A stretch of 63,349 nt of DNA, filler included, from Octopus bimaculoides (Eukaryota), in assembly GCF_001194135.2 (NCBI RefSeq). It is 4 parts of 4 records of this genome, joined end to end, with 100 filler letters (N's around TTAATTAATTAA, not from the genome) between each part and the next. Parts side by side here need not be neighbours in the genome. Positions count along the whole stretch, not along the records: positions 1 to 15,922 come from NC_069003.1; positions 16,023 to 42,048 come from NC_068988.1; 2 more parts are not named here. One strand, 5' to 3'. The notes under the pieces are model-generated. The model saw nothing but the letters and a program-made list of their open reading frames with translations, ran no database searches and was not told the DNA's origin. This document shows positions 12,727 through 25,489 of this stretch, in pieces (positions within the stretch are counted from its first letter, which is position 1; each line of letters starts with the position of its first letter). The translations under genes were made by a program, and so were the position numbers.

Positions 12727-13869
12727 NNNNNNNNNNNNNNNNNNNNNNNNNNNNNNNNNNNNNNNNNNNNNNNNNNNNNNNNNNNNNNNNNNNNNNNNNN
12801 NNNNNNNNNNNNNNNNNNNNNNNNNNNNNNNNNNNNNNNNNNNNNNNNNNNNNNNNNNNNNNNNNNNNNNNNNNNNNNNNNNNNNNNNNNNNNNNNNNNN
12901 NNNNNNNNNNNNNNNNNNNNNNNNNNNNNNNNNNNNNNNNNNNNNNNNNNNNNNNNNNNNNNNNNNNNNNNNNNNNNNNNNNNNNNNNNNNNNNNNNNNN
13001 NNNNNNNNNNNNNNNNNNNNNNNNNNNNNNNNNNNNNNNNNNNNNNNNNNNNNNNNNNNNNNNNNNNNNNNNNNNNNNNNNNNNNNNNNNNNNNNNNNNN
13101 NNNNNNNNNNNNNNNNNNNNNNNNNNNNNNNNNNNNNNNNNNNNNNNNNNNNNNNNNNNNNNNNNNNNNNNNNNNNNNNNNNNNNNNNNNNNNNNNNNNN
13201 NNNNNNNNNNNNNNNNNNNNNNNNNNNNNNNNNNNNNNNNNNNNNNNNNNNNNNNNNNNNNNNNNNNNNNNNNNNNNNNNNNNNNNNNNNNNNNNNNNNN
13301 NNNNNNNNNNNNNNNNNNNNNNNNNNNNNNNNNNNNNNNNNNNNNNNNNNNNNNNNNNNNNNNNNNNNNNNNNNNNNNNNNNNNNNNNNNNNNNNNNNNN
13401 NNNNNNNNNNNNNNNNNNNNNNNNNNNNNNNNNNNNNNNNNNNNNNNNNNNNNNNNNNNNNNNNNNNNNNNNNNNNNNNNNNNNNNNNNNNNNNNNNNNN
13501 NNNNNNNNNNNNNNNNNNNNNNNNNNNNNNNNNNNNNNNNNNNNNNNNNNNNNNNNNNNNNNNNNNNNNNNNNNNNNNNNNNNNNNNNNNNNNNNNNNNN
13601 NNNNNNNNNNNNNNNNNNNNNNNNNNNNNNNNNNNNNNNNNNNNNNNNNNNNNNNNNNNNNNNNNNACACACATCTGTATATATGAAGGATATGAAATAA
13701 AATTGCACAATTGAAACAAACGTTAGTTGTTTTGACGTTGACAGAAATTTTATGATCCTTCTAAAGATGATCGGTGTGATGTGAAGATATTTTGGAAATT
13801 TTAATGCATTCATGTGTATATGTGTGTGTGTGTGTGTGCGTGCGCGCTCGTATACGTGTGTGTAAATAT

Positions 13870-13917
<48 letters not shown>

Positions 13918-14264
13918 NNNNNNNNNNNNNNNNNNNNNNNNNNNNNNNNNNNNNNNNNNNNNNNNNNNNNNNNNNNNNNNNNNNNNNNNNNNNNNNNNNN
14001 NNNNNNNNNNNNNNNNNNNNNNNNNNNNNNNNNNNNNNNNNNNNNNNNNNNNNNNNNNNNNNNNNTGTAACCATGTGCATGCATGTGAGCACACACACAC
14101 ACACACACAATATACAACTTATCTATCTATCTATCTTTCTTTCTCCTCTATCTTTCTATCTGTCTGTCTGTCTGTCTGTCTGCCTGTCTGCCTATCTATC
14201 TGTCTAACTTTCTATCTGTCTGTCAGTCCGTCTGTCTATTCATTTATCTATCTATCTATCTATA

Positions 14265-14299
<35 letters not shown>

Positions 14300-14639
14300 G
14301 TATCTATCTATCTATCTATCTATCTATTTTTCTATTCTTTTACTTGTTTCAGTTAGTTGACAGCGGCCATGGTGTGGTAAGGCCAGTAAATTTGAAGGAA
14401 TGAAGGTTTGTCCAACGCAATAACAATGCTGACTACTCAGCGCTTTTACAACCAACCATCCGGCCGTATATCGATCAATCGAACCATCAATCCATCTATT
14501 CATCCATACAAACATACATCCATCCATTCATACATACATGAATACACACACACACATACACACACACATATATACACACACACAAATGGATTCACTCGTC
14601 GTCAACGACAAATGAAGCTTCAGTAAAATAAAGAGTATT

Positions 14640-15290
14640 AATCTTGTCCTATGGACACGAATGTGTCTCTTGAGGCCTGTTGGTACCTTTTGGTAAATGG
14701 AATAAGTTTAGAAACTCAGTTTGCTTGAGTGCCTGTAGATCATTTATTGTGTCTTCTTGAGTGCACAGCAAGGCCCTCACTGCCTCGTGCCACACAACCT
14801 CAATGACAGGTAAGGTTTCCATTTAAAGGTGCATCATTTTCCCAGCGTCTCTTCATGCTTGCCCGAAGTTTGTCCCGATGTTGGAGTCGACTGTGCTCAA
14901 ATCTTTGAACTTAGGAGAAGCAGGACTGACGCCAGGTACCGCGTTCTGATGCTTTGTTTTCCCAGGAAGAAAGAGGAATGTTGCATTACTTGAGATTGTC
15001 TTTTAAGTTTGTCTTTAAAGCGTATGGCTGGCCTTCCAACTGACCTTCATTTTGGGTATTGGCCAAAGAGAAGTTGCTTCGGAATCCTGATATCACTCAT
15101 ACGCGAGATGTGACCTGATCATCTACGCTGTATTTTGATGAGGATGGCTTCAATGCCTGATATGTTGCATTTTGTTAATACCTCACTGTTATGAATATGG
15201 TCACTCGGTCTTATGTTGGAGATAGTACGCAAGCATCGCATATGGAAAGCATGAAGCTGGTTGATGTGCTTTCGGTACAAAAATGAAACA
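14640..15290 (-). mobile_element. RTE-clade LINE 3' fragment (C-terminal region)
   Basis: Minus-strand translation HINQLHAFHMRCLRTI..SEVLTKCNISGIEAILIK..GHISRMSDIRIPKQLLFG..RSVGRPAIRFKDKLKDNLK..WENKASERGTWR matches the RTE C-terminus. Confidence 0.85.
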
Positions 15291-15868
15291 TTATACAATC
15301 AACAGATAACATCCTAAACATTAGAGATGAAACCTTCTCTCCCTGCATACACAAACAATATTTTACAATCAATTATTTCAACGAAAGGCCCAGTACGCGA
15401 AGGTAACTCTACCAGGATAGCCCATTTCCTAAACGTGAACGCACATAGCACAAAATTTTCACATAAAGAAGAAATATGCCCCACAAGTATAAGAACACCA
15501 TGCCCATAACAAAAACAAAATAATGCAAAGTAATGCAAACAAACTGATCACAAAAACAATTTGCCCAAAAGAGAAATTCAAGGGAGAGAAACGTCCAAAA
15601 GATTCCACTCAAGAGTAACAACCCTTAGTTCATGGATTCGTTGTTTTATTTACGCGAATTTATGAAAAACCCAGTGAACGAAGCCAGGCTGTTTTCTAAA
15701 ATGGAGGCGCTCACCTTTCTCCATGTGATCGGCTTGAAAAGTCAAGACACTCAGATATTTTCCTGCTTTTCTTAACATAAAAACAATGGTAGCCTTAATT
15801 CAGAAATAAAGAAACTATATCCAGTAATGTGGTGTTGAGCACTCATTTCCATCCTTCGACATTTACGC

Positions 15869-15922
<54 letters not shown>

Positions 15923-15966
15923 NNNNNNNNNNNNNNNNNNNNNNNNNNNNNNNNNNNNNNNNNNNN

Positions 15967-15978
15967 TTAATTAATTAA
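15967..15978. other. Artificial scaffold spacer (44 N + TTAATTAATTAA + 44 N = 100 bp); also at 42093-42104 and 54149-54160
   Basis: Identical 44/12/44 geometry at all three sites; the 12-mer gives stops in all six frames. Confidence 0.95.
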
Positions 15979-16257
15979 NNNNNNNNNNNNNNNNNNNNNN
16001 NNNNNNNNNNNNNNNNNNNNNNATCTTTATTAAAACGTACTTTTCCATGTAGCTCCACTTGAGGATATTCTACGATATAGACAGAATTGGAAGAACAAGG
16101 CCGACTATTTTCTAACACAGGAACAACAACAATACTAATAATAATTATTAAAGTATCAGTCTTGGATTGAGGTCGATAGTATCGGCCAACACTTCCACTC
16201 ATAATTACTGGCACTCTACCTAAAGCAGAAATCATTATTGTTGTTGTTGTTGTTGTT

Positions 16258-16417
16258 GCTGGCAGAATCGTTAGTATGCTGGGTGAAATACTTAGCGGTA
16301 TTTCATCTGTCTTTACGTTCTGAGTTCAAATTCCGCCGAGGTTGACTTTGCCTTTCATCCTTTCGGGGTCGATAAATTAAGTACCTGTGGAGTACTGGGG
16401 TGGATGTAATCGACTTA
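16258..16417 (+). mobile_element. SINE family B
   Basis: GCTGGCAGAATCGTTAG head, B-box GAGTTCAAATTCC, then CCGAGGTTGACTTTGCCTTTCATCCTTTCGGGGTCGATAAA. Confidence 0.8.
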
Positions 16418-16577
16418 CAAACACATAACACAAACGCACACATACACACACGTTTCGCTTTGCATCTCCAATGCTTAACACCTAGTTTGATTTGTGTGCT
16501 TTTGTAACTTAGCAGTTCAGCGGAAGAGTCCAATAAAAATACCAGACTTCAAAAAAAAAAATAAATAAATAAAATAA

Positions 16578-16668
16578 ATACTGGGGTCAATTTGTTCCAC
16601 TAGCTCCTTCAAGGCGGTGCTCCACCATGGCCACACGCCTTTGACTGAAACAAGTAACAGATAAAATA
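16578..16668 (+). mobile_element. Isolated SINE 3' tail (family A type)
   Basis: AAGGCGGTGCTCCACCATGGCCAC..TGACTGAAACAAGTAA matches the tail at about 55935-55985. Confidence 0.7.
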
Positions 16669-16733
16669 TAAGACAAACTCCCTCCGACACACATACAGAC
16701 AAGATATGGAGAGCTGCCGTGGAAGAAAGGATG

Positions 16734-16776
<43 letters not shown>

Positions 16777-17794
16777 GAGTGAGTGAAGGAAGAAAGNNNN
16801 NNNNNNNNNNNNNNNNNNNNNNNNNNNNNNNNNNNNNNNNNNNNNNNNNNNNNNNNNNNNNNNNNNNNNNNNNNNNNNNNNNNNNNNNNNNNNNNNNNNN
16901 NNNNNNNNNNNNNNNNNNNNNNNNNNNNNNNNNNNNNNNNNNNNNNNNNNNNNNNNNNNNNNNNNNNNNNNNNNNNNNNNNNNNNNNNNNNNNNNNNNNN
17001 NNNNNNNNNNNNNNNNNNNNNNNNNNNNNNNNNNNNNNNNNNNNNNNNNNNNNNNNNNNNNNNNNNNNNNNNNNNNNNNNNNNNNNNNNNNNNNNNNNNN
17101 NNNNNNNNNNNNNNNNNNNNNNNNNNNNNNNNNNNNNNNNNNNNNNNNNNNNNNNNNNNNNNNNNNNNNNNNNNNNNNNNNNNNNNNNNNNNNNNNNNNN
17201 NNNNNNNNNNNNNNNNNNNNNNNNNNNNNNNNNNNNNNNNNNNNNNNNNNNNNNNNNNNNNNNNNNNNNNNNNNNNNNNNNNNNNNNNNNNNNNNNNNNN
17301 NNNNNNNNNNNNNNNNNNNNNNNNNNNNNNNNNNNNNNNNNNNNNNNNNNNNNNNNNNNNNNNNNNNNNNNNNNNNNNNNNNNNNNNNNNNNNNNNNNNN
17401 NNNNNNNNNNNNNNNNNNNNNNNNNNNNNNNNNNNNNNNNNNNNNNNNNNNNNNNNNNNNNNNNNNNNNNNNNNNNNNNNNNNNNNNNNNNNNNNNNNNN
17501 NNNNNNNNNNNNNNNNNNNNNNNNNNNNNNNNNNNNNNNNNNNNNNNNNNNNNNNNNNNNNNNNNNNNNNNNNNNNNNNNNNNNNNNNNNNNNNNNNNNN
17601 NNNNNNNNNNNNNNNNNNNNNNNNNNNNNNNNNNNNNNNNNNNNNNNNNNNNNNNNNNNNNNNNNNNNNNNNNNNNTTATCAAATATATTCTGTCTGTCT
17701 TACACACACATATACACATGCACGAAGTACTCGGCCATATACAGAAACGCATACATACACACACGTACATACACAAACACATTAAATGTGCGTT

Positions 17795-17825
<31 letters not shown>

Positions 17826-18273
17826 CATTCATACATATATATGCATATACCTGTATATACACATATATACATACTCGCATACGCATATGTATATATATAT
17901 ACCCATAAATACGCATGTAGGCACCTATTCTCACACATATGTCGACACAGAATATATAGTAAACTAGACAATATTATCGATTTCTTCAATAAACATAAAT
18001 ACATATGTGTGTGTGTGTGTGTGTGCAGTTTATTTCTTTTTTTTCCTCTCTCATCGAAGATCGTGAAAGGTTAAACATCACATATTTCAGGCTTCTGGCA
18101 TTGAGGACGCTATATGATCATATCGTTTTTCATATATATATATGTATATATATATATGTATGTATGAATATACTTATATGTATATATACTTATACACGTA
18201 TGTACATATACACGGATGTACAGACACCTTTAGTATCTCATACATCAATATGAATCTGTACATATAAGAATAT

Positions 18274-18351
<78 letters not shown>

Positions 18352-18619
18352 GTTTCTCTCACTGTCTGTCTGTATTTGCTTGTCTCCTCTTTGCCTCATA
18401 ATCCTATTCGTGTTTTGTGTGATTTTTATCTACCTATCTATTTCTCTCTTTCTTCCCTCTCTCCCTGAATATACATGCATACGTACATATATATGTGCGT
18501 GTGTGTGTGAATATATATATATAGATGTATACACGCTAAGTTATATATACTATATATAAGTTATATATACACTATACATATATACAGCTATATATTTATT
18601 CTTTCACAGATAACAGAGA

Positions 18620-19623
18620 AATTGAGAAAGTCGAGGCAGTACACATGTTCAAACTAGGAAAATGACAATATCCCAGCAGAGCTCCTTTACCATGCTGGGG
18701 CAAGAACTTCTTAAAACACGGAAAAAACATTGTTAATGTATATGAAAAGCAAAACATTGGCCAAAAGAATGAACTCAGTCCTGAGTGATACCTCTTTCCA
18801 GGAAAGGCACTTTAAGTCTCTGCTAAAATCACAGAATCATCAGTTTTATTAGGAATTCGATTACAATACTACAGAATTAAATCGAAGGAAGAACTCCTTG
18901 CAAGATGAAAGGACAAGATGAAGAGGAAAAAGTGCATAGGAGAGCAATGGTTTATTATTAGATTGTTGATTGAAAAACATCTCCAACACCAGTGTGGTAT
19001 CTAATATAACTTTATCGGCTTCAAATAAATGTTTTGATGGTGTGTAGCATGAAAGCTTATGATAAGTGATGAAAAACTTCAACTTTGATAGCGACCTCAT
19101 TTGAGTAAATCATGCAAGATATAAAAACTCAAACAGAGTAATACTTCTGAATAAGAAGCAACGGAGGTTTCTTCAAAAGACATCTTCCGGAAAAATATCT
19201 GGAAAAACATCATGGAAACCTCCATTTATATAGAAAATTAGTCGCTTTTTAGGCTTCGTTAATGCTTACGACATCGACCTAATGAGACACAGTGAAATCC
19301 AATTAAAGAAACTCATCAATAGATCGGAAAGAGTGTCGCAAGCGTACAGAATGGAGGTCATTTAGGAAAAGAGCAATATTTTTGTTGTGGAGGGAACTGA
19401 CACCCTTGCACGTGACTGTCAGTGGAGAGGACGATTCTTATAAATAGATAAGACAGAAGACAGTTCAAGTTGAACTGTGAGGTCGAACTGGGAGAGTGTC
19501 TAGTCTCGTTATTGATTCTGCGTTTGGAGTGTTGTTATCGTGTGAACGGTTATGATAAGATAAGATAACTCTTGTTACATTGCTTATTGTTATACGGTTA
19601 TATTTGGTACTGTGATATAGTGT

Positions 19624-19711
<88 letters not shown>

Positions 19712-19890
19712 TCATATATCGTCACTGACGATGTAACAATTTGGTTCAATAATCACAACTAGAATGCAGCGATCAACATCATATCTTGGATCCAATTTGG
19801 GCAAAAACGGTAGCTCAGTATAGGACATAAAAGTCAAACTTGATCTGACCTCAACTGCCATGGTGAAGCTGAAGAGTTATGAGACGTTGA
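18620..19890 (+). pseudogene. RTE/BovB-like reverse transcriptase fragments, interrupted at about 19383-19738
   Basis: DNIPAELL; WPKE*TQS*VIPL..KG; RLLIEKHLQHQ..NFIGFK; AYDIDLM..LKKLINR..AYRMEV..EKS (FADD relic); resumes at about 19770 with YLGSNL..DIKVKLDLTSTAMVKL. Confidence 0.8.
19383..19738 (+). mobile_element. Possible solo LTR (contains a (CA)n expansion) interrupting the RTE relic
   Basis: Starts TGTT and ends AACA, has an internal TATAAATA, and sits between two collinear RTE fragments. TSD match is imperfect (TTTT vs ATTT). Confidence 0.3.
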
Positions 19891-20787
19891 AGTATAGCCG
19901 TTTTGGCGCCACCTATTCGGCGTAACTGATTTGACACTGACTTATTTGACATAAGACGTTTCAATGCTTCTCCTATTCTCTCCTCCCCAATGGGTAAAGC
20001 TGATCGGAGCAAAATTCGAACTTAGAACAAATATACAATAAAAAACAAAGTATTGGAATGTATTTAATCGATTAAAATACAGAACGTGTTATTCACCAGT
20101 CCAACATGGCGTATGTAACGGCGATAAATCGAATTATTATGCAAACAACGGTTGACATCTCATTCGCAACATTCTCATACTCTGACAGAAAGTAAATTTT
20201 ACCCACGAAAACTAAACCTCAATAAAAAGGATAATATGGAAGAGAATACCAGTTTCTGTCCTCCAAGAATTAAGAGTTCTGGTAGCTACATAGGAAATCA
20301 TTATTTCTTCGCTGGTTCTCCAGTGCTTTTTGGTCTTAACTATCTGCAACACTTCAGCAAGCATGAAAATATCACAACCTATCAACCAGCGAACTATATT
20401 GAACCCGCAATCAAAAGGTTTCTTACAATAGAGATGTGTCAAATTAATTTAGAATTATTGAGATGGAAATACCAATTATTGTCTTTTACCATTCGTTATT
20501 AACGCGTCAGCACAAAGTTTACATTAAAAGTAATTTTATGCATGCGCTATTCTGTGTAGCCCTACATTAATTTTACATTGTTTTCGCTCACAAAATTTTG
20601 AGCTTGGGAATGTGTGTAAATACACATACGCACACATTTACATTTATATATATATGTAGAAAGATAAATAGATAGATATAGGTACATCCACGTATTTATT
20701 CATTTATGCCGATGCTCAAACGCATACATGGTCATATTTACTTAGTTGATACATTAAGAAATACAGAAAATACATACGTTCACGCGA

Positions 20788-20834
<47 letters not shown>

Positions 20835-20973
20835 AGGATTGCTTCAATATTCCAGGGGTAGTCTGAAGTATCTAAGCAACCAAGGGATAGTTAAATATCC
20901 GAAGGCACTCCTGAAGATTACTTGTGTGGGTACCGTCTTTGTTAGAAGGTATCCAGAGGCAGGNNNNNNNNNN

Positions 20974-21035
<62 letters not shown>

Positions 21036-21282
21036 TATATACACCACAAAATTCTGCTACTATGTATATATATTCTGTTGTGCACATACAAACACACGTA
21101 TGCACATACAGATATATGTGTGTGTGTATGTTTAAAACTCTCTTTGTTTCAACGTTGATTATTTCAGTAGTTCAATCAACTGAACTTTCTATTCATTGAA
21201 TTAGCATACAAGTGACTGAGTATTCCACATACTCACTTACCCTTCACTTAAACATGGGACAGAATCTGTGTGAGAAATTGTC

Positions 21283-21393
21283 TCATGCGACTCCATTTAT
21301 TTAAGCAATGTGAGCCTTATATTAAATGTAAAATGCAGAGCATTTTACATTTAATATAACGCTCACATTGCTTAAATAAATGGACTCGCATGA
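21283..21393. repeat. Near-perfect palindrome/hairpin: 54-bp arms, 3-nt loop
   Basis: 21283-21336 and 21340-21393 are reverse complements at 52 of 54 positions (two C.C mismatches); loop AGA. Confidence 0.95.
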
Positions 21394-21536
21394 AACGATC
21401 GTACTGCATTAACCTTGAATATCCTTGTTGCTTATTTTGATTTTTAATCACCTTATTTTGGAATTGTTTGGATAATACCATACTTAATTCTGGTGCGTAA
21501 ACTTAAGTACCATATTCACCTTGAATCACACTCTCA

Positions 21537-21575
<39 letters not shown>

Positions 21576-21622
21576 TNNNNNNNNNNNNNNNNNNNNNNNN
21601 NNNNNNNNNNNNNNNNNNNNNN

Positions 21623-21663
<41 letters not shown>

Positions 21664-21864
21664 CTCTACAGGTGTATATGGATATATGATCATATTCCTT
21701 CTACATTGCACTTGTATTGAATATTTTGAACTTGTAAATTGCTTTACAATATAATATATATACACACACAGGTCAGTAAGTATGTGTGTGTGTGTATATA
21801 TACATATATATATAAATAAATATGTGTGTATGTGTCTGTGTGCGTTCGTGTGTGTATACATATA

Positions 21865-22266
21865 TTTCATTTGATTTGATCTAGTTTTAGCCCATGAGCT
21901 GTGACCATGCTGGGGCACCGCCATTTGGTGTTGCTACATAATTTTACTTCACAAATGCTTTTTAGAAATTGACATTTGGTGCACGAAGGAGTTATATATA
22001 TGTAATAAAAATAATAAATGCGCCCTTTTAAAGTCTAGCCAGACACATGTGCCCGGTTTCCCGGTTTCAATGGCGTATGTCTTCCCCAGCTGGACGGGAC
22101 ACCAGTCCATCGCAGAGTTACTCATTTTTGCCAGCTGAGTGGACTGGAGCAACGTGAAATGAAGTGTCTTGCTCAAGAACACAACGCGTCGCCCGATCCA
22201 GGAATCGAAACCACAATTTTACGATCATGATGCTGACACCCTAACCACTAAACCACGCGCCTCCAC
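21865..22266 (-). mobile_element. tRNA-derived SINE family C with a V-domain-like segment
   Basis: Head GTGGAGGCGCGTGGTTTAGTGG (A box) and GTTTCGATTCC (B box); body CTTGAGCAAGACACTT; CTGCGATGGACTGGTGTCCCGTCCAG resembles the V-SINE V domain; tail GGCGGTGCCCCAGCATGG resembles family A. Confidence 0.75.
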
Positions 22267-22732
22267 ACACACACACACACACACNNNNNNNNNNNNNNNN
22301 NNNNNNNNNNNNNNNNNNNNNNNNNNNNNNNNNNNNNNNNNNNNNNNNNNNNNNNNNNNNNNNNNNNNNNNNNNNNNNNNNNNNNNNNNNNNNNNNNNNN
22401 NNNNNNNNNNNNNNNNNNNNNNNNNNNNNNNNNNNNNNNNNNNNNNNNNNNNNNNNNNNNNNNNNNNNNNNNNNNNNNNNNNNNNNNNNNNNNNNNNNNN
22501 NNNNNNNNNNNNNNNNNNNNNNNNNNNNNNNNNNNNNNNNNNNNNNNNNNNNNNNNNNNNNNNNNNNNNNNNNNNNNNNNNNNNNNNNNNNNNNNNNNNN
22601 NNNNNNNNNNNNNNNNNNNNNNNNNNNNNNNNNNNNNNNNNNNNNNNNNNNNNNNNNNNTATATGTATATATATATGCATCTATGTGCGCGTGTGTGCAC
22701 GTTTGTGTGTGAACGTATGCGTATCGGTGACG

Positions 22733-22811
<79 letters not shown>

Positions 22812-23205
22812 TGTATGAATATGTTTCGCTATGTGTTCGAGCGAAGTGAAAATCACTCATAATGTACTTGTTCAAGATATCGAATATCTTGCCATAATAC
22901 AAGTTTTCTGCTTCTTCGAACCGCTGTTATGTAATGGCAGACGATATACGGCATCTTCGCGTCACAAGAAATCGTCTATAGGCAGTCAGTGGTGTGTGTG
23001 AACCATCCGCTGCCATTAATTCCACACTCTTCCATAGCTATTTGTTGAAGCAGTCATTGTTCCAAGAAATGGTTAATTACTTTCTTATTAGCGATGCTGC
23101 TCCGTGTACATACTAAGCCTAGAATACAGAGAGTTGTGAACTATGTATGGTATACATGTAAGTTATGGTATTTGTGATGGATGGATGGTTGTATGTGCTT
23201 ATATA

Positions 23206-23294
<89 letters not shown>

Positions 23295-23384
23295 ATGTGG
23301 GGGGTGTATGTGTGTTTGTGCGTGTGAGTGCGTGTGTGCGCGTTTGTATGCGACCGTATGCGTATGGGTGTCGGTGTGTATATC

Positions 23385-23427
<43 letters not shown>

Positions 23428-23455
23428 GTTAGATCTATATGTAAGTATATAATTA

Positions 23456-23490
<35 letters not shown>

Positions 23491-23581
23491 CCACACATAC
23501 ATACATATATACATGTATATATATATACACACACATAAATATATACACATATATATATAATGTATATATATATGTATATAT

Positions 23582-23619
<38 letters not shown>

Positions 23620-24008
23620 TTATATAAATGGTGGTGGCATTGGTGGGTGATGAGAGTTTATGGTTGAAGTATGGAACTGAAATTGCGCCAAAGAAGAAGG
23701 AAAAGAAGAAAGGCATCATGGGAAATTTGTAATGAAGAGGAACATGAATATGTAGAAAACTGTGAAAGTGAAGACGAGAAAGTAAGAACGTTATGTTGAT
23801 GATAATAATGAGGATGATGATAATGATAATAATGATGATGAGGAGGAAGAGGATGATGGTGGTCGAGGTGGTATTAGTGGTGATGATGATGATGAGGAGG
23901 AGGATGAGGAGGATAAAATAAACAAATGAAATGAATTGCAGCAGGGATGTTGACTATAATTTTTATAGGCACCCCCTACACATATATAACATATATATAC
24001 ATATAAAC

Positions 24009-24193
24009 GAGTGGCTGTGTGGTAAGTAGGCGTAGGAGTCGTTATGTGGTAAGTAGCTTGTTTACCAACCACATGGTTCCGGGTTCAGTCACACTGCGTG
24101 GCACCTTGGGTAAATGTCTTCTAATATAGCCTCGGGCCGACCAAATCCTTGTGAGTGGAATTGGTAGACGGAAACTGAAAGAAGCCCGTCGTA
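24009..24193 (+). mobile_element. SINE family A 5' half with a tandemly duplicated head
   Basis: GAGTGGCTGTGTGGTAAGTAG (24009-24029) is immediately followed by a second head GGCGTAGGAGTCGTTATGTGGTAAGTAGC and the normal body up to the gap. Confidence 0.8.
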
Positions 24194-25489
24194 TATATGT
24201 ATAAATAATGTATANNNNNNNNNNNNNNNNNNNNNNNNNNNNNNNNNNNNNNNNNNNNNNNNNNNNNNNNNNNNNNNNNNNNNNNNNNNNNNNNNNNNNN
24301 NNNNNNNNNNNNNNNNNNNNNNNNNNNNNNNNNNNNNNNNNNNNNNNNNNNNNNNNNNNNNNNNNNNNNNNNNNNNNNNNNNNNNNNNNNNNNNNNNNNN
24401 NNNNNNNNNNNNNNNNNNNNNNNNNNNNNNNNNNNNNNNNNNNNNNNNNNNNNNNNNNNNNNNNNNNNNNNNNNNNNNNNNNNNNNNNNNNNNNNNNNNN
24501 NNNNNNNNNNNNNNNNNNNNNNNNNNNNNNNNNNNNNNNNNNNNNNNNNNNNNNNNNNNNNNNNNNNNNNNNNNNNNNNNNNNNNNNNNNNNNNNNNNNN
24601 NNNNNNNNNNNNNNNNNNNNNNNNNNNNNNNNNNNNNNNNNNNNNNNNNNNNNNNNNNNNNNNNNNNNNNNNNNNNNNNNNNNNNNNNNNNNNNNNNNNN
24701 NNNNNNNNNNNNNNNNNNNNNNNNNNNNNNNNNNNNNNNNNNNNNNNNNNNNNNNNNNNNNNNNNNNNNNNNNNNNNNNNNNNNNNNNNNNNNNNNNNNN
24801 NNNNNNNNNNNNNNNNNNNNNNNNNNNNNNNNNNNNNNNNNNNNNNNNNNNNNNNNNNNNNNNNNNNNNNNNNNNNNNNNNNNNNNNNNNNNNNNNNNNN
24901 NNNNNNNNNNNNNNNNNNNNNNNNNNNNNNNNNNNNNNNNNNNNNNNNNNNNNNNNNNNNNNNNNNNNNNNNNNNNNNNNNNNNNNNNNNNNNNNNNNNN
25001 NNNNNNNNNNNNNNNNNNNNNNNNNNNNNNNNNNNNNNNNNNNNNNNNNNNNNNNNNNNNNNNNNNNNNNNNNNNNNNNNNNNCATGCATACACTAATGG
25101 CTTCAAGTAAATATGCATATGTCTGTGTGTATATTTGAATACACATATTTATTAAGAGATAAGCGTTTAGAAATAAAAATACAGCATCACAGCCACTTTA
25201 CTTCTCACCACATTAATAGTACCCCCCCCCCCTGCGACACTACTACCATTACCCACGTTAGGGCTTCTTTCACCTTCATCTCCAATACCATACTCAAAAA
25301 TCATTGTTGCTATAGTACCCGTCATCATTTATCTTTACCGTCATCACTTTGATCAACAGCAGCACGTCTGTACAATGACTATCTTGAATAATAAAAACAG
25401 AAACAATTGCTGGCTCGGTACTGAACTAATATTTACGTTTTAAATAGTTTAAGATAATATTTTCTCAGACAAATAGGAATAAATCTGTG

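Noticed and set aside
8905-14110. Long ORFs in the track (300-490 aa here, similar ones elsewhere)
   Set aside because: They are open only because they cross N-runs or (TA)n, (CA)n and (TAA)n microsatellites.
15923-16022. Palindromic TTAATTAATTAA islands (also 42093, 54149) as a biological motif
   Set aside because: Exact 44N+12+44N geometry three times; an assembler spacer with six-frame stops.
19285-19315. CTAATGAG..GAAA hammerhead-like word
   Set aside because: Non-canonical core, no stems, and it lies within RTE RT coding relic.
20152-20502. 116-aa ORF and overlapping minus ORF
   Set aside because: No recognisable domain, TTG start, AT-rich; consistent with chance.
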